Shown: positions 1 through 9,416, numbered from the stretch's first letter. The stretch is DNA of 24,107 nucleotides from an uncultured Candidatus Saccharibacteria bacterium (GCA_964507965.1 CAZDRC010000002.1:3261-27367); one strand, 5' to 3'. Numbers and translations: made by a program. The notes: a model not told the origin generated them from the letters alone.

Positions 1-1002
1 ATGATAAATTCAGAACAAAAGTTAAATCCAAAATTATTTGATAATGATATTGAACAATTACCAATACGTAAAGGTTTCGGTGAGGGTCTATTTATTGCAG
101 GTGATAGAGATAAGAGAGTAGTAGGTCTATGTTCAGATCTTACAGAATCAACACAGATGCATCTTCTACGTAATAAATATCCAGACAGATTCATACAGGT
201 AGGTATAGCAGAACAGAGTATGGTAAGTGTAGCATCTGGTATGGCCGCTATGGGTAAGATTCCTTTCATTACTTCATATGCAATGTTTTCTCCAGGTAGG
301 AATTGGGAGCAGATACGTACTACTGTTTGTTATAATAATCAACCAGTGAAGATTGCAGGCTCACATGCAGGTATATCTGTAGGTCCAGATGGAGGTACAC
401 ATCAAGCAATAGAGGATATGGCTATAACAAGAGTAATTCCTAATATGGTGGTGATATCTCCTTGTGATTCTATAGAAGCTAAGAAAGCGACAATAGCATG
501 TGCATCTACAAAACTCCCTACATATATACGTCTAGCTCGTGAGAAGACTCCAATTATCACAACAGAAGATACGCCTTTCGAGATCGGTAAAGCTCAATTA
601 CTTTTCTTTCCTGCCAATAATGAAAGAGCAGAAGTGGGAATTATAGTTACTGGTGCTCTAGTATATAAGGCATTGAGAGTAGCGAATGAATTGGAGAAAG
701 ATGGTAAGAAAGTAAAGGTGATAAATCTAGCTACGATCAAACCACTAGATGAAGATACTATTTGGAAATTAGCACATGAGACTGGTGCAATAGTGACAGT
801 AGAGGAACATCAGATCGCTGGTGGTATGGGTTCTGCAGTAGCGGAGTGTCTAGCGAGACATTACCCTGTACCGATGGAATTCGTAGGTGTTAAAGATAAA
901 TTCGGCCAAAGTGGCACACCAGATGAATTATTAGAATATTATGGAATGGGAGAAAAAGATATAAAAGAAGCTGTGAAGAAAGTACTATTGCGTAAAAAAT
1001 AA
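1..1002 (+). CDS. Transketolase, C-terminal (pyrimidine-binding + C-terminal domain) subunit of a split transketolase
   Basis: Motifs DLTEST, VGIAEQSM, HAGISVGPDGGTHQAIED and VTVEEHQIAGGMGSAVAE are typical of transketolase C-terminal/DXS-like subunits. The N-terminal TPP-binding subunit is not in the window. Confidence 0.9.
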   Translation: MINSEQKLNPKLFDNDIEQLPIRKGFGEGLFIAGDRDKRVVGLCSDLTESTQMHLLRNKYPDRFIQVGIAEQSMVSVASGMAAMGKIPFITSYAMFSPGRNWEQIRTTVCYNNQPVKIAGSHAGISVGPDGGTHQAIEDMAITRVIPNMVVISPCDSIEAKKATIACASTKLPTYIRLAREKTPIITTEDTPFEIGKAQLLFFPANNERAEVGIIVTGALVYKALRVANELEKDGKKVKVINLATIKPLDEDTIWKLAHETGAIVTVEEHQIAGGMGSAVAECLARHYPVPMEFVGVKDKFGQSGTPDELLEYYGMGEKDIKEAVKKVLLRKK

Positions 1003-1010
1003 TATAGGTA

Positions 1011-1016
1011 TACAAT
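1011..1016 (+). promoter_or_regulatory. Putative sigma70 -10 hexamer TACAAT upstream of the structured leader
   Basis: TACAAT lies 8 nt after the transketolase stop and 7 nt before a GTG at 1024, the same geometry as other promoters in the window. Confidence 0.45.
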
Positions 1017-1030
1017 AATCATCGTGAAAT

Positions 1031-1168
1031 ATACATCATATAATTTCATAAAGACACTGATTGTGAGCTCTAATTATTCCAGAGTTTGTCCTTATGATGT
1101 ATCTAAATAAAAGAAATTAAAGATAAATCATAAAAACGAGCTCTGGAATAAAATCTGAGCTCGTTTTT
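1031..1168 (+). promoter_or_regulatory. Candidate cis-regulatory RNA leader with mutually exclusive helices (P1-like / antiterminator / terminator)
   Basis: ATACATCATA 1031-1040 pairs with TATGATGTAT 1093-1102. TTATTCCAGAG 1074-1084 pairs with CTCTGGAATAA 1141-1151, and TTATGAT 1092-1098 with ATCATAA 1127-1133. AAAAACGAGCTC 1132-1143 pairs with GAGCTCGTTTTT 1157-1168. Confidence 0.55.
1132..1168 (+). terminator. Intrinsic terminator-like hairpin
   Basis: Perfect 12-bp inverted repeat ending in T5. Confidence 0.65.
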
Positions 1169-1235
1169 GCATGTTCTTGCCTACATGGCTGTAGGTGAAG
1201 AGAACAATGAGCAAAAATAGTACAAAGGCAGAAAA

Positions 1236-1562
1236 ATGAGTGGACATACTATAGACGCAGATACGGATCTTTTCCGTAAGAAGGAATTAGGTGCAGTCTT
1301 TTCTGGGCAACCTGTACATGGCAGTGTTGCTTGGAGAAAGAATGGGGATGAATGGGAAGAACTTATCTATTGGAATAAAGTACCAGAGGTAACTAGCTGG
1401 CTTACAGCAGAAGAATTCCGTCAACGCAAATATAATCTCAAGATTACTCATATTGCCTTCTTTCTGGCAAATCCACATCTCCTGCATGAGAAAATCAGAA
1501 GATCCAATCCTGATAGGCTCCTCAGAAGATTGGCTAGTCGACAGCCATATTACATGGACTGA
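1236..1562 (+). CDS. Hypothetical protein (108 aa), possibly frameshifted or truncated
   Basis: Open ORF with visibly higher GC than its neighbours. No family confidently recognised. Preceded by an ATGA-overlapping 10-codon ORF (1207-1239). Confidence 0.5.
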   Translation: MSGHTIDADTDLFRKKELGAVFSGQPVHGSVAWRKNGDEWEELIYWNKVPEVTSWLTAEEFRQRKYNLKITHIAFFLANPHLLHEKIRRSNPDRLLRRLASRQPYYMD

Positions 1563-1656
1563 AGAAGAATGTCCTTCTGCATCAAGCTGTTTGCATATTT
1601 CCTGCAGACAGCTTTTTCTATTTATCCTTTTTATCAATTTATGCTACTCTATCCAC

Positions 1657-3678
1657 ATGTCACAGAAACCCATTTTCACAATATCAGAGAAAATGTCTCC
1701 AGCCGGAGATCAACCGAAGGCTATAGAGAATCTAATAAAAGGTTTAAATAAAGGCCTTTCCCATCAAACACTTTTTGGAATTACAGGTTCTGGTAAGACT
1801 TTCACTATGGCTAATGTGATAGTTAAATACAATAAACCGACTTTAGTAATAGCTCATAATAAAACTTTAGCTGCACAGCTAGCACAGGAATATAGAGAAT
1901 TTTTCCCTGATAATGCAGTACATTATTTCGTATCATATTATGACTATTATCAGCCAGAGGCGTATATGCCAATAACAGATACATATATAGAGAAAGAGGC
2001 AATGATAAATGAGGAGATAGATAGACTGCGTCATGCTTCAACACAAGCATTACTCACAAGAAAAGATGTGATAATAGTAGCTTCTGTATCATGTATATAT
2101 GGACTTGGCAGTCCAGTGGAATATGAGAAAGTTAATTTGAAGATTAGTAAGGGTATGGAATCCTCTAGATCAGAACTCATACGCAAACTTATCAATATAC
2201 ATTTCGAAAGAACGACTGCAGATCTTAAAGCGGGCATGTTCCGCGCACTCGGTAATATGATAGAAATAATGCCAGTCAATGATAAAACGATATATAGAAT
2301 AGATTATAATGATAGTGTAATAGAGAGTATTATAGAATTGGATCCCGTTACAAGATCTATAAGAGCAGAACATGAGACTATCTTTCTTTTCCCAGCCAAG
2401 CACTTCATAAGTAATGATGAACAATCAAAGAAAGCTTTCAAAACAATAAAAGAAGAATTAGATATAAGATTAAAGGAATTAGAAAAAGCAGGGAAGAATC
2501 TAGAAGCAGAAAGACTGAAGAGAAGAGTGAAATATGATCTAGCTCTTATAAAAGAGATTGGATATTGTAATGGAATAGAGAATTATTCCAGACATTTCTC
2601 TGGTAAGGATGCTGGTGAACCACCAGACAGCCTCCTCTCCTATTTTCCTCATAATGAAGATGGTTCACCTGATTTCCTCACAATAATAGATGAAAGCCAT
2701 GTGACAGTACCACAATTGAATGGTATGTATGCCGGTGACGCCTCTAGGAAGAATACATTGATTGATTACGGTTTCCGCCTACCTTCTGCAAGAGATAATC
2801 GCCCTATGAAATTCGCGGAATTCGAAAGTAATACAGGTCAAATAATATATACATCAGCAACACCAGGACATTATGAAATAGATAAGAGTGAACAAATAGT
2901 GGAACAGATTATCCGTCCTACTGGACTCGTAGATCCGATAATTGAAATAAAACCAGTGGCAGAGAAAGGAAAATATAAAGGTCAGATAATAGATTTCATA
3001 AAACAAGCAGAGAAAACAATAAAGACAGGTAATAGGGTAATAGCGACAACACTTACGAAGAAAATGGCAGAAGATCTCAGTATTTATCTGAAGGAGAAAG
3101 GTATAAAGGCAGAATATCTACACAGTGATATTAAAACTATAGATAGAATAACTATTCTTACAGATTTCCGTAAAGGCAAATTTGATTGTATTGTCGGTGT
3201 GAATCTCCTTCGTGAAGGTTTAGATTTACCGGAAGTTTCACTTATTGGAATACTTGATGCTGATAAAGAAGGTTTCCTACGTTCAGAAACATCTCTCATA
3301 CAGATTATCGGTCGTGCAGCACGTAATATAGATGGTAGAGTAATACTCTATGCAGATATTATCACTGGATCTATAGATAGAGCAGTGAAAGAGACAGATC
3401 GTAGAAGAACTATACAGATTACGCATAATAAGAAGCATAATATCACTCCTAAGACTATATTGAAGAAAATCCACGATATTACAGATGAATTAAGAACAGA
3501 ACATGATAAGACAGTGAGGGAATTATTAAAAATAGATGAGGAATTCGCTCGTATTAATCCACAGAAATTGATAAAAGATAAAGAGAAAGCAATGGAAGAA
3601 GCAGTGAAGATATTGGATTTCGAAACCGCAGCTATAATAAGAGATGAATTGCTTGAATTAAAAAAATATATGATATAA
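1657..3678 (+). CDS. uvrB: Excinuclease ABC subunit B (673 aa); start revised from the ORF track's 1453
   Basis: Walker A GITGSGKT, FVSYYDYYQPEAY, GIENYSRH, DESHV, NLLREGLDLPEV, QIIGRAARN and a C-terminal UVR domain (LDFETAAIIRDEL). Homology begins at MSQKPIF (ATG 1657), with TGcTACTCT 6 nt upstream. Confidence 0.97.
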   Translation: MSQKPIFTISEKMSPAGDQPKAIENLIKGLNKGLSHQTLFGITGSGKTFTMANVIVKYNKPTLVIAHNKTLAAQLAQEYREFFPDNAVHYFVSYYDYYQPEAYMPITDTYIEKEAMINEEIDRLRHASTQALLTRKDVIIVASVSCIYGLGSPVEYEKVNLKISKGMESSRSELIRKLINIHFERTTADLKAGMFRALGNMIEIMPVNDKTIYRIDYNDSVIESIIELDPVTRSIRAEHETIFLFPAKHFISNDEQSKKAFKTIKEELDIRLKELEKAGKNLEAERLKRRVKYDLALIKEIGYCNGIENYSRHFSGKDAGEPPDSLLSYFPHNEDGSPDFLTIIDESHVTVPQLNGMYAGDASRKNTLIDYGFRLPSARDNRPMKFAEFESNTGQIIYTSATPGHYEIDKSEQIVEQIIRPTGLVDPIIEIKPVAEKGKYKGQIIDFIKQAEKTIKTGNRVIATTLTKKMAEDLSIYLKEKGIKAEYLHSDIKTIDRITILTDFRKGKFDCIVGVNLLREGLDLPEVSLIGILDADKEGFLRSETSLIQIIGRAARNIDGRVILYADIITGSIDRAVKETDRRRTIQITHNKKHNITPKTILKKIHDITDELRTEHDKTVRELLKIDEEFARINPQKLIKDKEKAMEEAVKILDFETAAIIRDELLELKKYMI

Positions 3679-3700
3679 TACAAGGTGTATATAAAATCAT

Positions 3701-4522
3701 ATGGAAGAAAATAATAAAAGAGGTGATCAAGCTAGAAAAGAGAAAATTCTCCTAGCTATAAATAATAAATCTTTCTCTAGCGCACTCGCCGAGAAATTGA
3801 ATAAGAGAGGGTATGCAACTCTTACAATAGATAATGGAGAAGAGGCTCTAAAGTATATGAGAGAACAGAATCCTGATATGGCTCTTATAGATCTCGCATT
3901 ATCTGTGAAGGATGGTTATGAAGTATTGACTGAGAAAAGTTTCGACAGACTTATTACGAAAATACCAGCCATGGTAATATCTCATTCTGGTTCTCCTATA
4001 GAAGTTAGGAGAATACCTTCTACTTCTAGCGTGAAGGACTATATAATAAAGACACATATAGAGCCAGATGAAGTAATAGCAAAGATTGATAATTTCTTCG
4101 GATACGAATTTGTTAAAGATAATTATGTGAATAATAAAGATGATCCTAAGAAATCACAGAAGAAAGTGCTCTGGATAGAAGATGATAAATTATTAGGAAT
4201 GATTCTGGTAAAGAAATTTGAATCCTATGGCCATATAATATTCAAAGCTGAGAATGGTAATGATGCCTTCGAATACTTAAAGAAAGATATACCAGATGTA
4301 ATACTTCTAGATATTCTACTTCCTGATATTGATGGATTCAATTTCCTACAGAAAATGAAAATGAATGAAAAACTGCGTCATATACCAGTCATCGTACTTT
4401 CTAATGTTAGTAAAGAGAGCGATAGAGAGAAGGCCAAGGCATTGGGAGCAGATAGATATATGGTAAAAGCAGTGGTATCTCTAGATGAAATAGTACGAGA
4501 GGTTGATAGTTTGACGAAATAG
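3701..4522 (+). CDS. Response regulator made of two receiver (REC) domains, no output domain
   Basis: REC1: KILLAINN...MALIDLAL...VISHS...YIIKT. REC2: VLWIEDD...[12 protein letters not shown]...VLSN...YMVKA. Confidence 0.88.
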   Translation: MEENNKRGDQARKEKILLAINNKSFSSALAEKLNKRGYATLTIDNGEEALKYMREQNPDMALIDLALSVKDGYEVLTEKSFDRLITKIPAMVISHSGSPIEVRRIPSTSSVKDYIIKTHIEPDEVIAKIDNFFGYEFVKDNYVNNKDDPKKSQKKVLWIEDDKLLGMILVKKFESYGHIIFKAENGNDAFEYLKKDIPDVILLDILLPDIDGFNFLQKMKMNEKLRHIPVIVLSNVSKESDREKAKALGADRYMVKAVVSLDEIVREVDSLTK

Positions 4523-4540
4523 ATGTATAATATCCCCCTT

Positions 4541-7102
4541 ATGGAGGATAAAATAATAGTAAAGGGGGCAAGAACGCATAATCTGAAAAATATTACGGTA
4601 GAAATGCCGAGGAATAAGCTTATCGCTATAACAGGGCTTTCTGGCTCTGGGAAGAGCTCACTCGCCTTCGATACAATATTCGCTGAAGGACAGAGGAGAT
4701 ATGTAGAATCTCTATCTTCATATGCTAGACAATTTCTTCATCAAATGCAGAAACCAGATGTTGATGAGATTATTGGTCTCTCTCCAGCTATTTCTATTGA
4801 TCAGAAATCAAGATCCAATAATCCACGTTCTACAGTAGCGACTATTACTGAGATATATGATTATCTACGTATACTCTATGCTCGTGTGGGTAAGCCACAT
4901 TGTTTAGTATGTAATAGAGAGATTCATCGTATTTCGAAAGAAGAAATATTGGAGACTATTATAAAGCAAGTCACTAATCATAATAAAAGTGGGAAGAAAG
5001 TAATGGGAATCGGTATTGATGTTGAGAAGGTGAAGATCTTCGCTCCTATCGTCGTCGGTAGGAAGGGTGAATATTATCAATTACTCTATGATCTTCTCGG
5101 TAAGGGCTATGATAAGGTAAAAGTAGATGGCAAGCTCATGCGTCTACGAGAACAGATATTAATAGATAAGAATAAGAAACATGATATAGATGTTCTAGTA
5201 GATGAGATATTTCTTTCTGAATTCAGGAATAAGAAGCAAATAGAGAATGCTAGAGAAAGACTTTCAGAATCTCTAGAGAAGGCTATAGAAGAAGCCCAAG
5301 GACTTATAAAAATTGAATTTGCAGATGAAGAGAAATTAATGTCAGTAAAGTTCATGTGTCCATATGATGGCTTCTCCTATCCAGAGATAGAGCCGAGACT
5401 TTTCTCATTTAATTCACCTTATGGAGCTTGTCCAGCATGTAATGGTTTAGGTACTAGGGAATTCTTCAATAATGAAATATGTCCTATCTGTAAGGGTGAT
5501 CGTCTACGACCGGAGGCCTTATTTATCAATATAGATAATAAGAATATTGTAAATATTACTTCTATGTCTATAGAGGAAACTAGACAATTCTTCAATAAAA
5601 TAAAATTAACAGAAACAGAAAGGGAAATCGCAAAAGTGATTCTAAAGGAAATAGAATCAAGATTACAATTCATGATTAATGTCGGTATAGAGTATCTAAC
5701 TCTCGATCGTCGTGCCAATACACTCTCTGGTGGTGAAGCTCAGCGTATACGTCTAGCCTCTCAGCTCGGCTCAGGCCTTGTCGGTGCTCTATATGTATTA
5801 GATGAACCGACAATAGGATTGCATCAGAAGGATAATGATAGACTAATAAAAACTCTTATTGAACTTCGTGATCTCGGTAATACTATAATAGTCGTAGAAC
5901 ATGATGAAGATACAATGTTCGCATCTGATTATCTTATAGATATTGGTCCTGGTGCTGGTGTGCATGGTGGTGAGGTAATAGTCTCTGGATATCTCGATAA
6001 GCTACTCACTGCAAAGAAGAATGATTCCGATTCTCTTACTCTATCTTATCTGCGTGGAGAGACGAAAATAGATATACCAGATGTACGTAGAGAGCCGAAA
6101 GGTAAGATAATGATACGTGGCGGGAATATTTGGAATATAAAAGATATGAATATTGATATTCCTTTAGGATGCTTCAATGTTATTACTGGAGTTTCTGGTT
6201 CTGGGAAAAGTTCACTTATGTATGAGATTTTATATAAGAATCTGCAAGGGAAATTAGAGAGAAGACATAGAACAGCAGAATTATATAATTGTGGAAGCTT
6301 CACAGGTAGTGAATATTTAGGTAGGACTATTCTTATTGATCAGGGAGCCATCGGGCGTACACCGCGGTCCAACCCTGTCACATATACCGGAGCGTGGCAA
6401 CATATACGTGATTTATTGGCATCATCTGCAGAAGCACGTGCTCGTGGATGGGGTCCAGGGAGATTCTCATTCAATGTGAAGGGTGGACGTTGTGAAGCTT
6501 GTGAGGGTAATGGAGAAATAGCTGTAGAAATGCATTTCTTACCGACTGTCTATGTTCCTTGTGAGATCTGCAATGGAAAGAGATTTATGAAAGAGACATT
6601 GGAAATAAAGTATAAAGGCAAAAATGTATACGATATTCTCCATATGACAGTAGAAGATGCTCTGATATTCTTCGAAGATATTCCTGCTGTGAGTGATAGA
6701 TTGAAGACATTGGATGAAGTAGGTCTCGGTTATCTAGAGCTAGGTCAGAGTGCTACTACTCTCTCTGGTGGTGAGGCACAGAGAGTGAAGATTTCTTCTG
6801 AGCTTTATCGTGCACATCTACAGAAAACAATATATCTTCTAGATGAGCCGACAGTAGGGCTACATTATGAGGATGTGAAGAAACTTATAGATATATTGCA
6901 GAATCTCGTGAATAAGGGTAATACAGTAGTAGTTATAGAGCATAATCTAGATTTAATAAAGTGTTCTGATTATATTATCGATATTGGTCCAGAGGGAGGC
7001 CTGCGTGGTGGTAAGGTAGTAGCCAAGGGTACACCAGAGGATGTGATAAGAAATGAAAAGTCTTATACTGCAAAATATCTGAAGAGAGTTTTGAAAAAAT
7101 AA
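4541..7102 (+). CDS. uvrA: Excinuclease ABC subunit A (853 aa), lacking the insertion domain; start revised from 4523
   Basis: [13 protein letters not shown], two Walker A motifs ([18 protein letters not shown]), two LSGGEAQR signatures, LDEPT Walker B motifs and the zinc finger CEACEGNG...CEICNGKRF. Confidence 0.97.
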   Translation: MEDKIIVKGARTHNLKNITVEMPRNKLIAITGLSGSGKSSLAFDTIFAEGQRRYVESLSSYARQFLHQMQKPDVDEIIGLSPAISIDQKSRSNNPRSTVATITEIYDYLRILYARVGKPHCLVCNREIHRISKEEILETIIKQVTNHNKSGKKVMGIGIDVEKVKIFAPIVVGRKGEYYQLLYDLLGKGYDKVKVDGKLMRLREQILIDKNKKHDIDVLVDEIFLSEFRNKKQIENARERLSESLEKAIEEAQGLIKIEFADEEKLMSVKFMCPYDGFSYPEIEPRLFSFNSPYGACPACNGLGTREFFNNEICPICKGDRLRPEALFINIDNKNIVNITSMSIEETRQFFNKIKLTETEREIAKVILKEIESRLQFMINVGIEYLTLDRRANTLSGGEAQRIRLASQLGSGLVGALYVLDEPTIGLHQKDNDRLIKTLIELRDLGNTIIVVEHDEDTMFASDYLIDIGPGAGVHGGEVIVSGYLDKLLTAKKNDSDSLTLSYLRGETKIDIPDVRREPKGKIMIRGGNIWNIKDMNIDIPLGCFNVITGVSGSGKSSLMYEILYKNLQGKLERRHRTAELYNCGSFTGSEYLGRTILIDQGAIGRTPRSNPVTYTGAWQHIRDLLASSAEARARGWGPGRFSFNVKGGRCEACEGNGEIAVEMHFLPTVYVPCEICNGKRFMKETLEIKYKGKNVYDILHMTVEDALIFFEDIPAVSDRLKTLDEVGLGYLELGQSATTLSGGEAQRVKISSELYRAHLQKTIYLLDEPTVGLHYEDVKKLIDILQNLVNKGNTVVVIEHNLDLIKCSDYIIDIGPEGGLRGGKVVAKGTPEDVIRNEKSYTAKYLKRVLKK

Positions 7103-7113
7103 GGAAAAATAAG

Positions 7114-8322
7114 ATGAAAGAATTAAGAAATACAAATCTTCCCGATTCCCCCGGAATATATTTTTTCAAAGATAAAGAGGAAAAAATTTTATATATTGGA
7201 CGTGCTACATCTCTACGAGACCGTATGCGTAGCTACTTTAATCCTGATCTCATGAAGACTCGTGGACCTCTATTAGTAGATATGATAGTAAAAGCGAAAA
7301 AGATAGAATATACAGAGACGGACTCTGTTCTTGAGGCTATTATCCTAGAAAGTAATGAAATAAAGAAATGGAAACCATATTATAATACGAAAGAGAAAGA
7401 TAATAAGAGTTTCAATTATGTAATTATTACTGATGAAGAATTCCCAAGGATTATTCTTATAAGAGAAAGAGTATTGGATAATATAGAATTGAATAATCAG
7501 CTATATAGAATAAAATATAAATTCGGTCCATATACAGATAATTCTCTTCTTAAGGAAGCTCTGAAGATAGTCAGGAAGATATTCCCATACCGAGATGAGA
7601 AATGTAATATTAAATATCATGAATTATTTTATCGCTCTATTGGACTTTCTCCAGACACTGAGTCTCCAGAAGCAAGGAAAGAGTATCAGAAAACAATAAG
7701 GAATATTGTTCTATTTTTTCAAGGCAAAAAGAGTAAGCTTGCAAAGGTATTAGAGAAGGAAATGAATGAATACGTAAAGAAGAATGAATTCGAAAAAGCA
7801 AATGAAATGAAGAAGACATTGTATGCATTGAATCATATTCAGGATATTTCACTTATAAAATCGGAAAAAACAATAAATAGTTCTAATAAAGATAATTTCC
7901 GTATTGAGGCTTATGATATTGCCCATATGTCTGGGAAAGACACTGTGGGTGTTATGGTAGTAATAAAGAATGGTGAAATAAATAAAAATCAATATAGGAA
8001 ATTCAAAATAAAGATAGATAAGAATGATGATGTGGCAGGGTTGAAAGAGATATTGAATAGAAGATTACAACATACAGAATGGGAATTTCCAGATCTTATT
8101 GTTATAGATGGTGGTATTAATCAATTGAATATTGTGAGAAGTATAATAAAGGATATTCCTATAGTTTCTATTGTGAAAGATAATAATCATAGACCTGATC
8201 ATTTCCTAGGTAATAAGAAAATTATAGAGGAAAATAAGAAATTGATTTTAATTGCGAATAATGAAGCACATAGATTCGCTATTACATATCACAAGAAACT
8301 GCGAAGTAAGAATTTCCTATGA
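7114..8322 (+). CDS. uvrC: Excinuclease ABC subunit C-like (GIY-YIG + UVR + RNase H-like domain; no HhH domain)
   Basis: PGIYFF...LYIGRATSLRDR (GIY-YIG), NEFEKANEMK (UVR), IEAYDIAH, LIVIDGG, NNEAHRFAITYH. The protein ends before the HhH region. Confidence 0.9.
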   Translation: MKELRNTNLPDSPGIYFFKDKEEKILYIGRATSLRDRMRSYFNPDLMKTRGPLLVDMIVKAKKIEYTETDSVLEAIILESNEIKKWKPYYNTKEKDNKSFNYVIITDEEFPRIILIRERVLDNIELNNQLYRIKYKFGPYTDNSLLKEALKIVRKIFPYRDEKCNIKYHELFYRSIGLSPDTESPEARKEYQKTIRNIVLFFQGKKSKLAKVLEKEMNEYVKKNEFEKANEMKKTLYALNHIQDISLIKSEKTINSSNKDNFRIEAYDIAHMSGKDTVGVMVVIKNGEINKNQYRKFKIKIDKNDDVAGLKEILNRRLQHTEWEFPDLIVIDGGINQLNIVRSIIKDIPIVSIVKDNNHRPDHFLGNKKIIEENKKLILIANNEAHRFAITYHKKLRSKNFL

Positions 8323-8334
8323 TATAATATTCCT

Positions 8335-9309
8335 ATGTATAGGATAAGAGTAGCGGTTCTTCGTGGAGGACCAAGTAATGAATATGATGTATCACTCGGT
8401 ACGGGTGCTACTGTTCTACATAATCTACCTAGTGATATATATGAGCCACAGGATATATTCATCTCAAGAGATGGTATATGGCATAGGAATGGTCTCACTA
8501 CTAATATTCATAATATTTTCTCACATACAGATGTGATCTGGAATGCTCTGCATGGATATTATGGTGAAGATGGCAAGCTAGCACATATACTCGAGAGACA
8601 TAAGATACCATTTACTGGATCAGGTTCACTTTCTTCTGCTATTAGTATGAATAAACTTATGACCAAGGATGTTTTCAAGAAAAATAAAATAAAGACTCCA
8701 GAGCATAAAGTTATTGATAGTAAAGATAAAGTTTCTCCAGATCTTCTGAAGGAACTATTCCGATCATTCACTCTACCTTTCGTAGTGAAGTCTATATCTA
8801 GTGGATCCTCTGTAGGGGTTTATATTGTAAAGGATTTCAATTCTTTTGAAAAATCAGTAAATGATGCTTTTAAACATAGTGATACTGTGATGATTGAGGA
8901 ATATATTGCAGGTAGGGAAGCTACTGTTGGTGTAATAGATGGATTCAGGAATCAAGATATCTATACATTACCAGCTGTGGAGATACGACCTTTGAAATCA
9001 ACTTTCTTTGACTATGATGCGAAGTATACGCCTGGAATGTCAGAAGAAATAGTACCTAGTACATTCGATTATAATACGAAAATTGAATTGGAAAATATGG
9101 CAAGAGAAATTCATAAGGCATTGGGCCTACGTCATTATTCTCGTATTGATTTCATCGTAACTCCGAGAAGGGGAATATTCGCTCTTGAGGCCAATACTTT
9201 ACCTGGACTTACAGAAGCCTCTCTTCTACCGAAGGCTCTGTATGCTGTAGGTGGTACTATGCCGGAATTCCTACATCATGTTTTACAACTTGCATTAGAG
9301 GAAAAATAA
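8335..9309 (+). CDS. ddl: D-alanine--D-alanine ligase
   Basis: GGPSNEYDVSL, ALHGYYGEDG, GSSVGV, EEYIAGRE, FFDYDAKY, RIDF, EANTLPGLT. Confidence 0.95.
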   Translation: MYRIRVAVLRGGPSNEYDVSLGTGATVLHNLPSDIYEPQDIFISRDGIWHRNGLTTNIHNIFSHTDVIWNALHGYYGEDGKLAHILERHKIPFTGSGSLSSAISMNKLMTKDVFKKNKIKTPEHKVIDSKDKVSPDLLKELFRSFTLPFVVKSISSGSSVGVYIVKDFNSFEKSVNDAFKHSDTVMIEEYIAGREATVGVIDGFRNQDIYTLPAVEIRPLKSTFFDYDAKYTPGMSEEIVPSTFDYNTKIELENMAREIHKALGLRHYSRIDFIVTPRRGIFALEANTLPGLTEASLLPKALYAVGGTMPEFLHHVLQLALEEK

Positions 9310-9337
9310 TGTAAAATCATTAAACATAAGTATATAC

Positions 9338-9411
9338 GGGCCCTTAGCTCATCTGGCTAGAGCGCCTCATTTGCAATGAGGAGGTGGCAGGTTCGAGTCC
9401 TGTAGGGTCCA
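9338..9411 (+). tRNA. tRNA-Ala(TGC), CCA not encoded
   Basis: Cloverleaf: GGGCCCT/AGGGTCC acceptor stem, GCTC/GAGC D-arm, CCTCA-TTTGCAA-TGAGG anticodon arm, GCAGG-TTCGAGT-CCTGT T-arm. Confidence 0.96.
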
Positions 9412-9416
9412 CAGCA
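9394..9416 (+). repeat. Copy 1 of the tRNA-Ala 3'-end repeat (att-like) CGAGTCCTGTAGGGTCCACAGCA
   Basis: 23-bp identity with 9543-9565; 19-bp identity with 10490-10508. Confidence 0.95.

Noticed and set aside
1031-1102. Canonical purine riboswitch call
   Set aside because: P3, the L3 CCGUAAA loop and the L2 GG are absent. Kept only as an unclassified candidate.
1453-1656. 68-aa N-terminal extension of UvrB in the ORF track
   Set aside because: It starts at TTG, has no UvrB homology and overlaps the upstream ORF. A promoter sits just before ATG 1657.
1560-1751. TGA read-through (genetic code 25) joining 1236-1562 to 1569-1751
   Set aside because: Core genes end in TGA (uvrC, the transglycosylase) and use TGG for Trp with no internal TGA. 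The extension would also overlap uvrB.
4523-4540. UvrA start at 4523
   Set aside because: MYNIPL is the translation of the TATAAT promoter region; homology begins at MEDKII (4541).
8335-9309. Ddl as a D-Ala-D-Lac (vancomycin-resistance type) ligase
   Set aside because: The omega loop keeps DYDAKY (Tyr), consistent with D-Ala-D-Ala specificity, and there is no van context.
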